From contig NC_058369.1 in the NCBI RefSeq assembly GCF_018350175.1, positions 16,308,001-16,372,000 on the forward strand: DNA of 64,000 nucleotides. Reading direction: 5' to 3'. Below the pieces are notes generated by a model. That model searched no databases. It had not been told where the DNA came from and saw nothing but the letters and a program-made list of their open reading frames with translations. The stretch comes from Felis catus. Taxonomy: Eukaryota. This document shows, in pieces, positions 27,410-45,562 of this stretch; within the stretch, counting starts at the first letter, position 1; each line of letters starts with the position of its first letter. Made by a program: the position numbers and the translations under genes.

Positions 27410-27838
27410 CTTTTCTTAAATTTTTTTTCACGTTTATTTTTCGAGAGAGAGAGGGAGACAGAGCGCGAGAGGGAGAGGGGCAGAGAGAGGCAGAGACACA
27501 GAATCTGAAGCAGGCTCCAGGCTCTGAGCTGTCAGCACAGAGCCCGGCATGGGGCTCGAACTCATAAACTGCGAGATCATGACCTGAGCCGAAGTTGGAC
27601 ACTTAACCGACTTAGCCACCCATATGCCCCAATTTTATGTTTTTTTACGTTTATTTATTTTGAGAGAGAGAGAGAGAGAGAAAAGCACAGGTGGGGGAGG
27701 GGCAGAGAGAGAAGGAGAGAGAGTTACAAGCAGGCTCTGCAATGCCAGTGCAGAGCCCGACGCGGGCCTTGAACTAACCGTGAGATCACGACCTGAGCCA
27801 AAGTCAGTCGCTCAACCGACTCAGCCACCCAGGCTCCA
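27410..27838 (-). mobile_element. Two tandem SINECs (27410-27630, 27632-27838)
   Basis: Reverse-complement consensus. Confidence 0.88.
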
Positions 27839-29219
27839 CAAGACTAGTTGATTTTAACGTAATGAGTACAAAAAGTTCAAAAAGTTGCATGTTCTACGCT
27901 GCCATAAATTTAAAAATGGGAAGGAGTCTTTAATGCTCCCTAATAAAGCTTTTTCGGGCCCACCTCATTTCTTTGCACAGACCAGTTTCCATCTGATATC
28001 ATTTTCCTTCAACCTGAAAGAACTTAAAATTTCTTGAAGTCCAGGAAGGAATTCTCTCAGCTTTGGTTTTTAGAAGTCTTTACTGCAATTTTATTTTTGA
28101 AAGGTATTTTCACTTGATGTAGAATTCTACACGGACTGACTGACTTTCAAATTTGAAGATGATCCTCTCTCTACTATCTTCTGACTCTCATTGTTTCTGA
28201 AGTGTAGTCTGCAATCATTCTTACTTTATTTTTAAGTAATCTCTACGCCCAGTGTGGGGCTCAAACCCCCAACCCTGAGATCAACAGTCACATGCTCCAC
28301 TGACTCGGCCAGCCACGTGCCCCAATCATTCTTATCTCTGTTCCTCTGTAAGTAATACGTCTTTTCCCTCCTGCTTTTAAACTCTATCCCTAGGTTTTGA
28401 ATAGCAATTCAATTATTATGCTTGGCAGTGTGGTCTTCTTTGCGTTGGCTTGGGGTCCTCTGTGCTTCCTGAATCTGTGACTTCTAGTTTTTAATCAATT
28501 TGGAAAATTTTTCGGCAGCTATTTTTTTCAAATTTTCTTGAAGAATAGCATTTCTTCAGGTATTTCTGCTCCCAGTTTTCCTCCACCTTCTGTACTCCAA
28601 TTTCCTCACATAAGACCATTTGATATCCCAAAGGTCCACTCATCATGGTCTGATAACTGGTTTCAATCTTTTTTTTATCTGTGCTTCAGTATGAATAGTT
28701 TATACTGTTGTGCCTTTGATTTCACTAATATTTCCTTCTGCCTCCCAGGCATGGGTCTAGTAATTTTTAATGAACACTGAAGGCTATTAATGTTATGTTG
28801 CTGACTATTTGAATTGTATTTTCCTTCTTTAAGGAATGTTGAAATTTGGCAGGCAGCTAAATTACTTTCAGCCCACCTTGGTCCGTTTGAAGCCGGTTTT
28901 TAAACTTTGTAGGATGAGTCTAGAGTAGCCTTTATCCTAGGATTACCTTAGCCTTAATACTAAGGTGTGAGCCTTGTGGGGTACCTCCTGATTGCCTGAG
29001 TATTCAGCGAGGTCCTTTCTCCGGGTGGATGAAGCTTGACCCTCCCAGCACCGTGTGAACTCTGTGAGTTGGTCCTCTTCTAGCTCCCTGGCAGTTGTTC
29101 TTTGCCCAGCCTTCTGGAAATTTAACCTGTGTATGTGTAGATTAGTATTCAGCCAAAGACTGAAAGGGATTGTTCTGCAGATTTCTGGAAGTTGTTTCTT
29201 GGCATATCTCCATCCTATA

Positions 29220-29570
29220 CAGCAGGGATCAGCAACCTTTCTCTGTAAAAGACAGTAAATATTTGAGGCCTTGCAGGCCACATGTGGACTCTGCCACATG
29301 TTTTTTTTCCCCTTGAGATGGGGGGGAGGGGCAGAGGGAGAAAGAGAATCCCAAGCAGGCTCCACCCCCAGGGCAGAGCCGAACGCAGGGCTTGATCTCA
29401 CCATCGTGAGATCATGACCTGAGCCGAAATCAAGAGTCAAACGCTTAACCGACAGAGCGGTTCTTTTTTTTTAAAGCAACTCTTTAAAAATGTGTACATC
29501 ATTCTTAGCCCTGTACAAAAACTGGCTATTGTGGAATTGGCCCACGAAGCGTAGTATGATAACATCTGCT
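29220..29570. mobile_element. MER58-like hAT element interrupted by an antisense SINEC (29301-29460)
   Basis: cagggatcagcaacctttctctgtaaaagacagtaaatatttgaggcc start. Confidence 0.6.
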
Positions 29571-29700
29571 CTACGGTATTGTGACCTGCAAACTCCAGAT
29601 GCCTCGCCTTCCTGAGTTCCAATCTGTCCTCTTAACTTAGTGGTGCCATCGCGTTCTGTTTGGGTTCCCTTCCCCATGCCTTCTGAAAACTGCCTGTGCA

Positions 29701-29920
29701 GGGGCGCCTGGGTGGCGCAGTCGGTTAAGTGTCCGACTTCAGCCAGGTCACGATCTCGCGGTCCGGGAGTTCGAGCCCCGCGTCGGGCTCTGGGCTGATG
29801 GCTCGGAGCCTGGAGCCTGTTTCTGATTCTGTGTCTCCCTCTCTCTCTGCCCCTCCCCCGTTCATGCTCTGTCTCTCTCTGTCCCAAAAATAAATAAAAA
29901 CATTGAGAAAAAAAAAAAAT
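29701..29920 (+). mobile_element. Young SINEC_Fc
   Basis: Consensus match; TSD tgaaaactgcctgtgc. Confidence 0.92.
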
Positions 29921-30809
29921 TTGAAAACTGCCTGTGCTTAGGAAGCCAGGACCCTCGTTCCCCTTCTCTCTGGGGTCGTAGTCCTACACTGTCCTACAGT
30001 GCTAACTCTTAACAACTCTACTTTTCCAAAAAAGCGGAACCACCGGTTTTCCATGCATAGTATTGGCATATTTTCACTCTTGATGACGAGTAACTCTGCT
30101 TCATTGTGTGTCTTTTGAATGAGCTGTGTCACCAGAATGAGTAATGACCTTGGATGTCAATGATTCATGTGGAAATGTATTCATTTTTATTTCTTGGTTC
30201 AAAATGCGAGTTCTCAAACTCATTTCACCAAATGACACTCCTACCATCAGTTTATGGCTCTTCCTGTTACTCTACACGACACTTACTGCCACAGTTCTGT
30301 CTTTTCCCACATGGCGGGCATAAAATTATACCTTGTTATGGTTTTCATTTGCATTTCCCTGGAGTATATTCTCATATCTTTTCTGGCCATTTGTGCTTTC
30401 TTTCTATAAAATGTTTGTAACGTCTACCCAATTTTATATTTGGGTTGCTTTTGAAGTATTCTCATTTAGCTTTTTTTTTTTTTACGTGTTCTCTTTTGTG
30501 GGTAATGTGTGTTCCAAATATCATCTATCATGATTTGTCTTTTCACTTTATTACATCTTTTTTTATTACATCTTTTGAAGAGCAAAACTTCTTAGTTCTA
30601 ACGTAGTCAGAAATAGCAATCTTTTCCTTTATCATGTATGTTTTTTGTGTCTGGTTTTAAAAAGCCTTCCCTATCCTGAGGTCTTAAAGGCATCATCCTT
30701 TATTTTCCCCTAAGATTTTGAAGTTTTGTTTTTCATGTTTCATCTTGTATCCACATTTTTTTAAATCTGTAGTGTGAGGTAGGAATTCAATTTCATTTAT
30801 TTTCCATTT

Positions 30810-31027
30810 AAATTTTTTTTAACATTATTCAGTTTTGAGAGACAGAGAGAGACAGAGTATGAGTGTAGGAGGGGCAGAGAGAGAGGGAGACACAGAATCC
30901 AAAACAGGCTCCAGGCTCCGAGCTGTCAGCACAGAACCCGATGCGGGGCCTGAACTCACGGACTGAGAGATCATGACCTGAGCGGAAGTCGGACGCTTAA
31001 CGGACTGAGCCACCCACGTACTCCACA
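30810..31027 (-). mobile_element. SINEC_Fc-type SINE
   Basis: Reverse-complement consensus. Confidence 0.88.
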
Positions 31028-31307
31028 TTATACTTTTATTCAACAATCTTCCCAAATTATATTTTCAATTTTAATAATTTGTAGATTCTTTTGGGGTTAC
31101 CTATGTTGACAACCAGGTCGTGTACAAATAATTGTATTTTTTGTGCAGTGGATATGTCCTCCTTGTTCTTCTTGATACATTCTCTCATTTTGTTGGGGTT
31201 AGTCCTGTCTTGATTTAAAAAAGAAAAAGGAAAAAAAAAGCCTACAAACTAGAAATTATTATTGTTTTACACAGTCATGATTTTAGGTATTTGTTATTAT
31301 TCATTTC

Positions 31308-31531
31308 TTTTTTTGAATTTTTTTTTAACGTTTATTTATTATTGAGAGACAGAGAGACGGAGCATGAGCAGGGGAGGGGCAGAGAGAGAGGAGGGGACAC
31401 AGAATCTGAAGCAGGCTCCAGGCTCTGAGCTGTCAGCACAGAGCCCGACGTGGGGCTCAAACTCACAAACCGCGAGATCGTGACCTGAGCTGAAGTCGGA
31501 CGCTCAACCGACTGAGCCACCCAGGCGCCCC
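31308..31531 (-). mobile_element. SINEC_Fc-type SINE
   Basis: Reverse-complement consensus. Confidence 0.9.
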
Positions 31532-31549
31532 AATTACTTATTTCTTTAC

Positions 31550-32820
31550 TCACTGTATTTGTTTGGGTACAGGCTAAAGTGTGTTAACAGAGCTATCTCA
31601 AAAAAAAAGTTTATTTCTTACTTAATAGTCCAAATCGAGCCCTGATCGAGGTCTGCCACCCTTAACATGGGCTCATATCTCTGAGTCCAAGATGGCACCT
31701 CCACCTTTCTATCTTCCCTTTAGAAAGGGACAGGGCCAAAATGCATACCCGTGTCCCTTTGAAGGGCATCCCCAACTGCACACTACTACTTACATCTAAT
31801 GGAACATAACTTAAATACATGGGCACCCTAAGCTTCAAGGGAAACCGAGAAAGGCACTTTTTAAGTGGGTATCAACCCAGATTGCCTGGGATCCATTTTA
31901 CCTGTTTGGTGTACCTGTCTCCCAGCTACTCTGGGCACTGCTGCTAGAAACTCATAGGAGCTTCTTAGGAGGCTTGCCCTTGAGCACATGGAGCCACATT
32001 ACAAAAGGTGACGAGGAGTTGCATTCTTACCTCCCTACCTCCCTACCTCCCATCCCTCCGGTCAGCCTGTGGCCAATGACATGGTGTGGCAGGGCACAAA
32101 AGCCCAGTCTCCCTTGTCTTAGGTCTGGATGGATTCTGTAATGTACGCAGACTCCAGGATCATGCTGAGCCTAGACTTCACCTCTAATCACATTCTTATT
32201 AAACTCCTTTGCCTTTCCTATCTGGCTTCCCTCACGTCCATACAGGTTCTTCCTGAAAATAACTCTCTTAATAGGTTACTTGAACATGGATCCCTGTCCC
32301 GGAATCTGCTCGTGGAGAAACGACCCAGCGAATGCTGGAGCTGGCTCACGAAAGCCGATTGCAAATCGTCGGGACTTTTATGAGCTGGCTTTCAAACACG
32401 GTCATTATTAAAGTTTTAATTATAAAAGCTGTCATTAAAGAAATTACACTCAAAACAGAGGTAGTAAATACTCAAAATTCATTACTTCCTAGTTATTTTC
32501 CTGTGTTTTATTATTACCTGTGCTCTTGAGGTTAGGTCTACTGTAGCTGTTATGGTAGAACTCCTTTATAACGGTGGACATCTCTTCCCAACTCCAGATT
32601 CAGTAATGTCATGTTGGTGTCTCGAAATCAGCCATGGTGGAAGCATTTACACCGTGGATATCTGCAAATGTTATACATCAGGGTTTTCCCCCCTACAGAG
32701 CTGCTTGTTAAATATTTGCAGGCACAACACCAGAATGACCTAAGACATCAGGCCATTGCGTAAGACATGTGTTATGGAAGAGGAAGAGAATGGACGTCGG
32801 AGCCAAACTAGAATGTGTCA
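31550..32820. mobile_element. Nested old LTR/DNA elements: MaLR-like LTR, LTR16-like LTR (~31880-32745) and MER63-like hAT-Blackjack (~32327-32732)
   Basis: MER63-like ends (ctggagctggctcacgaaagccgattg ... gttaaatatttgcaggcacaacac) with an imperfect 8-bp TSD aaacgacc/gaatgacc; families assigned by eye. Confidence 0.45.
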
Positions 32821-34016
32821 CATTAACCTATTTTTTAACTGAGGAAAAATCTGCATATGGTGAAATACGTAGACCTTAAGTGCACAATCTGATGTTTTAA
32901 TAAATATACAGAGCCATATAACTACCACCTCAATCAAGCTATATACGATTTCAAAACCCCAGAAGGTGCATTTGGGCCCTCTTCAAGTCCATCATAAGCA
33001 ACCACCGATCACCTGTTGTGCCTGTTTGGTCTTCATATAAATGGAATCAAAACTCTGTATTCGTTAGGTCTGGCTTCTTTCACTCAACATAATGTTTTTG
33101 AATTTCCATCCATGTTCTTGGGTCTATCAGCAGTTTATTCTTTTTGATTGCCAAGCAGTATTTCATTGATTAGCATTCATCTGTTGATAGACACTTGAAT
33201 TGTTTCCAGATTCTGGCTATTAGCAATAAAAGATGCTATGAACATTCATATGTAAGTCTTTGAGTGGACTTTCTGCTATTTCCTCCTATTTTCTATTTTC
33301 TTCCTATTTTCTTTCTGTGGCTTCTATTTTCACTTTCTTAATGGTGTCTTTCAGTGTCTTTCAAAGAGCAGAATGTAATCATTTTGATGAAACCCAATCA
33401 TTGATTTTCTTGTATAGTGCATGCTTTTCGTGTCCTATATAAAGAATCTTTGCCAACTCAAAGGTCACAAAGACTTTTCTTCTAAGTTTTCTCTAGAAGT
33501 TTCTCTAGATGTAGGTTTTACATTTAGTTCTATAATCCATTTTCAGCTAATTTTTACATATAATGCAAAGTTAAGATTGAGGCTTTTTTTTTTTCCTTGA
33601 ATAGGAATGTCCTATTTTTCCCGTATCACTTACTAAAAAGACTATCTTTCCTACAGTGAATTGCCTTGGCAGTTTTGTTGAAATCAATTGGCCATATATG
33701 CAGAGATCTATTTCTAGACTCTATCCTGCTCCACTGATTTATATGTCTGCCCCCTCATGCCAATGCCACACTGTCTTGATTATTACACTTTTATAGTAAG
33801 TCTTAAAGTACAGTAGCTCTTTGTTTTGGTTATTCTACATCCTTTACTTTTCCATACGCAGATTAGAACCAGCTTGTCAATTTCTCCACAAAGCTCCACC
33901 TTGAAAAACGTGAACAAATTAGGAGGTGTAATGCTACCAAATTTCATGACTACCTATAAAAGCTACAGTAATTAGAACGCTGAAAAGTTGGGGAAAGAAT
34001 ATAGAAATCACAAAAA

Positions 34017-34174
34017 GGGGGTACCTGGATGGCTCAGTTGGTTAAGCATCCGACTCTTGATTTCAGCTCAGGTCATGATCACAAGGAGATCAGCCCTGAG
34101 TAGGGCTCCATGCTGACAGTGCAGAGGCTGACTGGGACTCTCACTCTCTTCCCTCTTCTCTGCCCCTCCCCTGC

Positions 34175-34215
<41 letters not shown>

Positions 34216-34250
34216 CTCTCTCGAAATAAAAAATTTTTTATAAATTTAAA
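34017..34250 (+). mobile_element. SINEC with (CA)n expansion
   Basis: Consensus match; (CA)n at ~34175-34212. Confidence 0.85.
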
Positions 34251-34659
34251 AAAGAATAAACAGATAAGGAACTGAATAGAGAATCCATAAATAGATGCAC
34301 ATATACACTGTCAATTAATTTTTGGTGAAGTACCAATGCAAATCAATGTGAAAATAAATGTATTTTCAACAAATGGTACTAGAAGTGGATAAACATTAAA
34401 GATATGGAAAAATATACTTGGATCCTTATCCCATACCATGCCCCCAAATGAATTTGTAGAGCACAAACATAAATGTAAAAGCTAAAAGTATAAAGCTTAG
34501 GGGAGAAAAAAAATAGAAGAAAAATCTTCACAGCCCCCAGCTAAAAAGTGAAAAAAGCAAGTGACAGACTTAGGATTCTATTCAGAACATAAGAAGACTA
34601 CTTATAAATGAGCAATAAAAAAAAAATAATAAGCATCCTAATTAAAAGTGGGCAAAAGA

Positions 34660-34885
34660 GGGGCGCCTGGGTGGCTCAGTCGGTTAAGCCTCTGACTTCG
34701 GCTCAGGTCATGATCTCACGGTCCGTGAGTTCGAGCCCCGCGTTGGACTCTGTGATGACAGCTCAGAGCCTGGAGCCTGCTTCGGATTCTGTGTCTCCCT
34801 CTCTCTCTGACCCTCCCCCATTCATGCTCTCTCTCTCAAAAATAAATAAACATTTAAAAAAATAAATAAATAAAAATCAAAAAAA
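34660..34885 (+). mobile_element. SINEC_Fc inside an old L1 3' region (~33900-35930)
   Basis: Consensus match; TSD-like tgggcaaaaga; flanks are L1 3'-end-like. Confidence 0.88.
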
Positions 34886-35639
34886 ATGGGCAAAAGAATT
34901 GAAAACATACTTCACAAAAGAAGATACACAGATAACCAATAGCACATGAAAAGGTGCTCAGTATCATTAGTTACAGGGAAACACAAATTAAAACCCCAAC
35001 AGATACCACTTCATACCCATTAGAATTGGACAAATAAAAACACTGAGGACGGATGAAGATGTGGACCAACCTGAACTCTCCTTTGTTGCTGGGACTAGCG
35101 TAAAACGGTACAACCACTTTGGAAAAGTCTTTGGAATTTCCAATAACATTAACCATACATCGATTTTATGAGCCAGCAGTTCCGCTCCTAGGTTTATTCC
35201 CAAATGAAGTGAAAGTGTATAGATACAAAAAAGTCTTATATTAGAATGTTTACTAGCAGCTTCATTCATAGTAGCCCCAGACTGGCAACAACCCAAATGT
35301 CCACCAACAGGAGAATAAACCAACTGTGGAATATTCATGCAAGAATATTACTATTCACCAATAAAAAGGAATGAACTAACGGTACATGTAGCAACATGAA
35401 CGCATCTCAAAAACAACACGTGGAAGGTAAGAAACCAGACACAAAAGAGCATATTATTCCATCAATATGAGGTCTAATGACATGCAAATAATCTGATGAT
35501 AATCAGAATGGTGGTTATCTCTGGGAGGGGCTGATTAGAAAGGGACACGTAAGAGAGCATTCTGGATGAATACAAACGTTCTCAATCATGATTTGGAGAT
35601 GTTGGCATGGGGTATACCTCTCTTAAAACTCATAGAATT

Positions 35640-35871
35640 GGGGCGCCTGGATGGCTCAGTCGGTTGAGCATCCGACTTCAGCTCAGGTCACCATCTCACG
35701 GTTCGTGGGTTCCAGCCCCGCGTCGGGCTCTGTGCTGACAGCTCCGAGCCTGGAACCTGCTTCAGATTCTGTCTCCAGCTCTCTCTGCCCCTCCCCTACT
35801 CACGCTCTGCCTCCCCCACCCCCACCCGGCCTCTCTCTCTCTCAAATATAAAAAATAAACATTAAAAAAAA
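35640..35871 (+). mobile_element. SINEC_Fc-type SINE
   Basis: Consensus match; TSD aaaactcatagaatt. Confidence 0.9.
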
Positions 35872-37131
35872 CTCATAGAATTTTATACTGCAGGGTGTAC
35901 ATTTTACTATAAATTATACCTCAATAAATAACAATACGGAAGTACATTAAGAGATACCAGTCATTCATCAACATAAGCTTTTAACCTTATCAATTTTAAA
36001 AACTGAATAGAGAAGGAAGCAATGGTGTATATAGTCAAGTAGGAATTAGAAAGAATTCCTTCTAAATAAATGACTTCAAAAGCTTATATTCATAAAAATC
36101 CAGAAATAAAACTCCAGATGATACCAACTGAATTAGTTAGAATGAGGTTTTTATACGAGTAACTGAGACTGAAGATAATAATGGCTTAATTAAAAAAAAA
36201 AAAAAGAGTGTATTTCTCTGTTGCATAAAGAGTTGTGAGGGCAGAGCGACAAACTCCAAGGAGCCAAGTTCCTTCTAAATTCCTGTTCTGTGCCCTTAGC
36301 ATTGTTCCTTCTGTCCCATATCACCCGCACAAGCTCTGGTCACCGTGCACACACTCCAGCCAGGAGAGAGCAAAGAGATCTGAAGGGGCTTGTCCTCCAT
36401 TTAAGGACATTTCCCACAAATCACACCCAGCACTTCTGTTTATATTTTATTGGCCAGGACTTAGTGCCACACGAGCTTAGGCACACAGAACTTAGTGTCT
36501 CCCTTAGTGGAAGGCTTGGAAACACAGGCTTTATTAAGGGATGAGAGGTGTCAGAGGAGAATTAGCAGTCTTTACCCCAGTCCGCTTCTTTATCCACCTA
36601 AATAGTCATCTGGCACTTTCTTCTCACATGCAAAATGCTCTAATCCCCTCCTAAAAGAAAGGAACTTCAAAGTTTCAAGAACAGGGAAGGAAATCTGGAG
36701 CGGGGAAGTGCTCTGCATCTCTGCATCCGGACAAAGAGCTACTCTTGGGACCACAGATAACGCAGGACGTGAGCCGGCAGAGACCCAGGAAGCATTCAAC
36801 CTGTCCTCTCGCTGAGTCTCAGCCCGGCACTCTTCACAGGCCAAGGGAACCTGGTGCTCAAGGCTCTACATAACTCCAGGGGAAGCGGCACAAACAGGCA
36901 GAAAATAAGGGTTGCAGACTGGGTGCAGTGCCCTGACCTTTCTCTCGCTTCCACTCTCTCTCACTTCCTCCTCCCTAGAAGCAACGGCCAGCAAATTCAA
37001 CTACAAAGGTCCCTGCAGAGCTGCTGGCGGCCATGAGGGGCACAGCAGCAGGACCCAAGAGCTAGAACCATCTGTCAAACTCGAGTCGAGGGCCAGCCCC
37101 CCTCTCCCTCTAGGGTTTAAAAAGCATCATG

Positions 37132-37505
37132 TGGGCGCCTGGGTGGCTCAGTCGGTTGAGCATCCGACTTCAGCTCAGGTATTGATTTTGCAGTCCATGA
37201 GTTTGAACCCCACGTCGGGCTCTGTGCTGACAGCTCATAGCCTGGGGCCCACTTCGCATTCTGTGTCCCCCTCTCTCTCTGCCTCTCCTATTTTAAATTT
37301 TTTTTTAATGTTTATTTATTTTTGAGAGAGAGACATAGAAGGCAAGCAGGGGAGGAGCAGAAAGGGAAACACAGAATCTGAGACAGGCTTCAGGCTCTGA
37401 GCTGTCAGCACAGAGCCCATTGTGGGGCTTGAACTCAAAAACTGCAAGATCATGACCTGAGCCGAAGTCGGACATTCAAACCGACTGAGCCATCCAGGCA
37501 CCCCT
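37132..37505. mobile_element. Inverted tail-to-tail SINEC pair (+ 37132-37295, - 37296-37505)
   Basis: A sense head directly joined to a full antisense copy. Confidence 0.88.
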
Positions 37506-37623
37506 AAAGAAATGCTTTAAAGCAACATCAACACACTCCTAAGTTAAATGTGAGATAACTTCTCAGTGTCCCCCACAGCCCAGACCAGGAGATGCACAGA
37601 ACACAAAAGCAACTCTTCAAACA

Positions 37624-37629
37624 TTTATT
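37624..37629 (-). terminator. PRSS42 polyadenylation signal AATAAA
   Basis: tttatt on +, ~600 nt past the stop codon. Confidence 0.75.
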
Positions 37630-37661
37630 CAGTTGACATCTAAGATTTCCACACTCAGTGC

Positions 37662-42507
<4,846 letters not shown>

Positions 42508-43171
42508 GAGCCGGCTGGTACGGCGCCCCCTCGCGGCTCCCCTCGCGGAGGCAGGTGGACGGGCCTGCGCATGCGCGCGAGCGACGGAACTAGAGCTCCC
42601 GGATTGGGGGCCCCACTGGCGTGCCAAACGTCGCGCACTGGGTTCCACCGGGGCCCTCTCTCCACTCCGGGACCGGCCTTTCAGAGCGCAAATTAAAGCC
42701 TACTGCAGCTAGAGGAAGAGAACATAAAACAACTTCTACCCCTAAGGAAGGAGCCAGCTCAGACTCTCTCGCCTATGCTGGGAAAGAGTCAAGATCACTG
42801 AGAAGGCCTCGTCTCTGAGAGCCAAGAATATAGCACCTGCCAGACGGTGAGGCGCTGAGCCAGAAAAACAAAGAATGCCCCACCTCCTCCCTCCCCTACT
42901 AGACTAGCAAGTGTCCAGGAACAAGTAACCACAGTTTACTGCTAAAGGAGGGGTAAAAGTGTGGAAAGACGCCCTCTTTGTCACATAAGCACAGAGAAGA
43001 CTGTCCCGAGTGTGGAACAGACACGGAGAAACAATCCAACAAATCAACCACCACTCTAAGCAAAAAATAACAGAAGAATTTCAAGCCTGGTACACATGGA
43101 GGGTAACCATACAACAAAACTGGGCATGACTGTCTCAATACTCTCTAATAAAGAAAAGACGTGACCATGTC

Positions 43172-43391
43172 TTTTTTTGCTTTTTAATATTTTTATTTAT
43201 CTTTGAAGGAGAGAGACAGACAGAGCATGAGCGGGGGAGGAGCAAAGAGAGAAGGAGACGCAGAATCCGAAGCAGGCTGCAGGGTCTGAGCTGTCAGCAC
43301 AGGCCCGATGCGGGTCTCGAACTCATGAACCCTGAGATCATGACCTGAGCTGAAGTCGGTCACTTAACCGACCGAGCCACCCAGGTGCCCC
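43172..43391 (-). mobile_element. SINEC_Fc-type SINE
   Basis: Reverse-complement consensus; TSD-like aagac(g/a)tgaccat. Confidence 0.88.
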
Positions 43392-43750
43392 AAGACATGA
43401 CCATTTCTGAGCACAGTGTTTACTTAAGTCTCTGTTCGCCTACACAAAATGACTAGTTTTCACAAAAAATGATGAGACACTCAATGAAAAGAAAATTAAC
43501 AACATGGTGTCAAGAGACAAAGCAACCAACAGAACTAGATGCAGATATGACATGAGGTTTGGAACTACCACACAGGGAATCTTAAATACTCTGATGAACA
43601 TATTTGAAGACTCTAGTTCAGAGGTCAATAAATGTTTTCTATAAAGAGCCAGAGAGCAAATATTTTAGGATTTTGAGATACAACTGAGGATATTATGTAG
43701 GCTTTTATATAAAAAGAAGAAAATTTTTCCATAAAAATATAGTAATAATC

Positions 43751-44005
43751 GGGGCACCTGGGTGGCTCTCAGTCAGTTGAGTGTCTGACTTTGGCTCAGG
43801 TCATGATCTCACAGTTCATGGGCTCAGGTCATGATCTCACAGTTCATGAGTTCGAGCCCCATGTCAGGCTCTGTGCTGACAGCTCAGGGCCTGGAGCCTG
43901 CTTTGGATTCTGTGTCTCCCTCTCTCTCTGCTCCTCCCCTGCTCACACTCTGTCTCTCTCTCAAAAATAAATAAAGATTAAAACAAAATTTTTTAATTAA
44001 AAAAA
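43751..44005 (+). mobile_element. SINEC_Fc with an internal 28-bp tandem duplication
   Basis: ggctcaggtcatgatctcacagttcatg occurs twice. Confidence 0.88.
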
Positions 44006-44127
44006 TATGTAGTAATAATAGTAATTGGGTATAATATTTTATCATACAAATCTACCAGTGAGAAGAATGGGATTATTTGGGAGGAGAATAACAATTTACC
44101 TAACTGGGTGTAAAACTAGTGCTCTCC

Positions 44128-45562
44128 AAAAATAAACTCAAAATGGATGAAAGACCTAAATGTGACACAGGAAACCATCAAAACCCTAGAGGAGAAAGAA
44201 GGCAACAACCTCTTTGACCTCAGCCACAGCAATTTCTTATTTGACACATCTCCAAAGGCAACAGAATTAAAAGCAAAAATGAACTATTGGGACCTCATTA
44301 AGATAAAAAGCTTCTGGGGGCGCCTGGGGGTGGCTCAGTCGGTTGAGCATCTGACTTCAGCTCAGGTCACGATCTTGCGGTCCGTGAGTTTGAGCCCCGC
44401 GTCAGGCTCTGGGCTGAATGCTCAGAGCCTGGAGCCTGCTTCTGATTCTGTGTCTCCCTCTCTCTCTGCCCCTGCCCCATTCATGCTCTGTCTCTCTCTG
44501 TCTCAAAAATAAATAAACATTAAAAAAAATAAAATAAAAAAGATAAAAAGCTTCTGCACTGCAAAGGAAACAATCAACAAAACTAAAAGGCAACCAATGG
44601 AATGGGGAAAGATATTTGCAAATGACATATCAGATAAAGGGCTAGTATCCAAAATCCACAAAGAACTTAGCAAACTCAACACCCAAGAAACAAATAATCC
44701 AGTGAAGAAATGGGCAGAAGACATGAATAGACACTTTTCCAAAGAAGACATCCAGATGGCCAATAGACCCATGAAAAGATGTTCAACGTCACTCTTCATC
44801 AGGGGAATACAAATCAAAGCCACAATGAGATACCACCTCACACGGATCAAAGTGGCTAAAATGAACAAATTAGGAAACTACAGAGGCTGGCAAGGATGTA
44901 GAGAAACGGGAACCCTCTTGCACCGTTGGTGGGAATGCAAACTGGTGCAGCCACTCTGGAAAACAGTGCGGAGTTTCCCCGAAAAATTAAAAATAGAACT
45001 ATCCTATGACCCAGCAACAGCACTACTAGGAATTTCCCCAAGGGATACAGGAGTGGTGATACATAGGGGCATGTGTACCCCAATGTTTATAGCAGTGCTT
45101 TCAACAATAGCCAAACTATGGAAACAGCCTAAATGCCCATTAACTGATGAATGGATAAAGAAGATGTGGTTTATATCTACAATGGGATACTACTTGGCAA
45201 TAAGAAAGAATGAAATCATGCTGTTTGCAGGATCGTGGATGGAGCTGGAAGGTATTATGCTGAGTGAACTAAGTTAGTCAGAGAAGGACAGATATCATAT
45301 GTTTTCACTCATATGTGGATCTTGAGGAACTTACCAGAAGACCATGGGGGAAGGGAAGGGGAAAAAATAGTTACAAACAGAGAGGGAAGGAGGCAAGCCA
45401 CAAGAAACTCTTAAATACAGAGAACAAACTGAGGGTGGATGGTGGGGGGGGGGGGATGGGAGATGGGCATTGAGGAGGGCACTTGTTGCGATGAGCACTG
45501 GTTATTGTATGCAAGCCAATTTAACAATAAATTGTATTCATAAAATAACAAAATAAAAAAAA
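44128..45562 (+). mobile_element. 5'-truncated carnivore LINE-1 (ORF2 C-terminus and 3'UTR)
   Basis: ORFs 44147 and 44597 give L1 ORF2 peptides (MKDLNV..., [15 protein letters not shown]...CTPMFIA...[11 protein letters not shown]); A tail; TSD aaaactagtg(c/t)tctc. Confidence 0.93.
44317..44540 (+). mobile_element. SINEC_Fc nested in the L1
   Basis: TSD aagataaaaagcttctg. Confidence 0.92.

Noticed and set aside
44597..45277. 226-aa ORF
   Set aside because: LINE-1 ORF2 C-terminal fragment, not a host gene.
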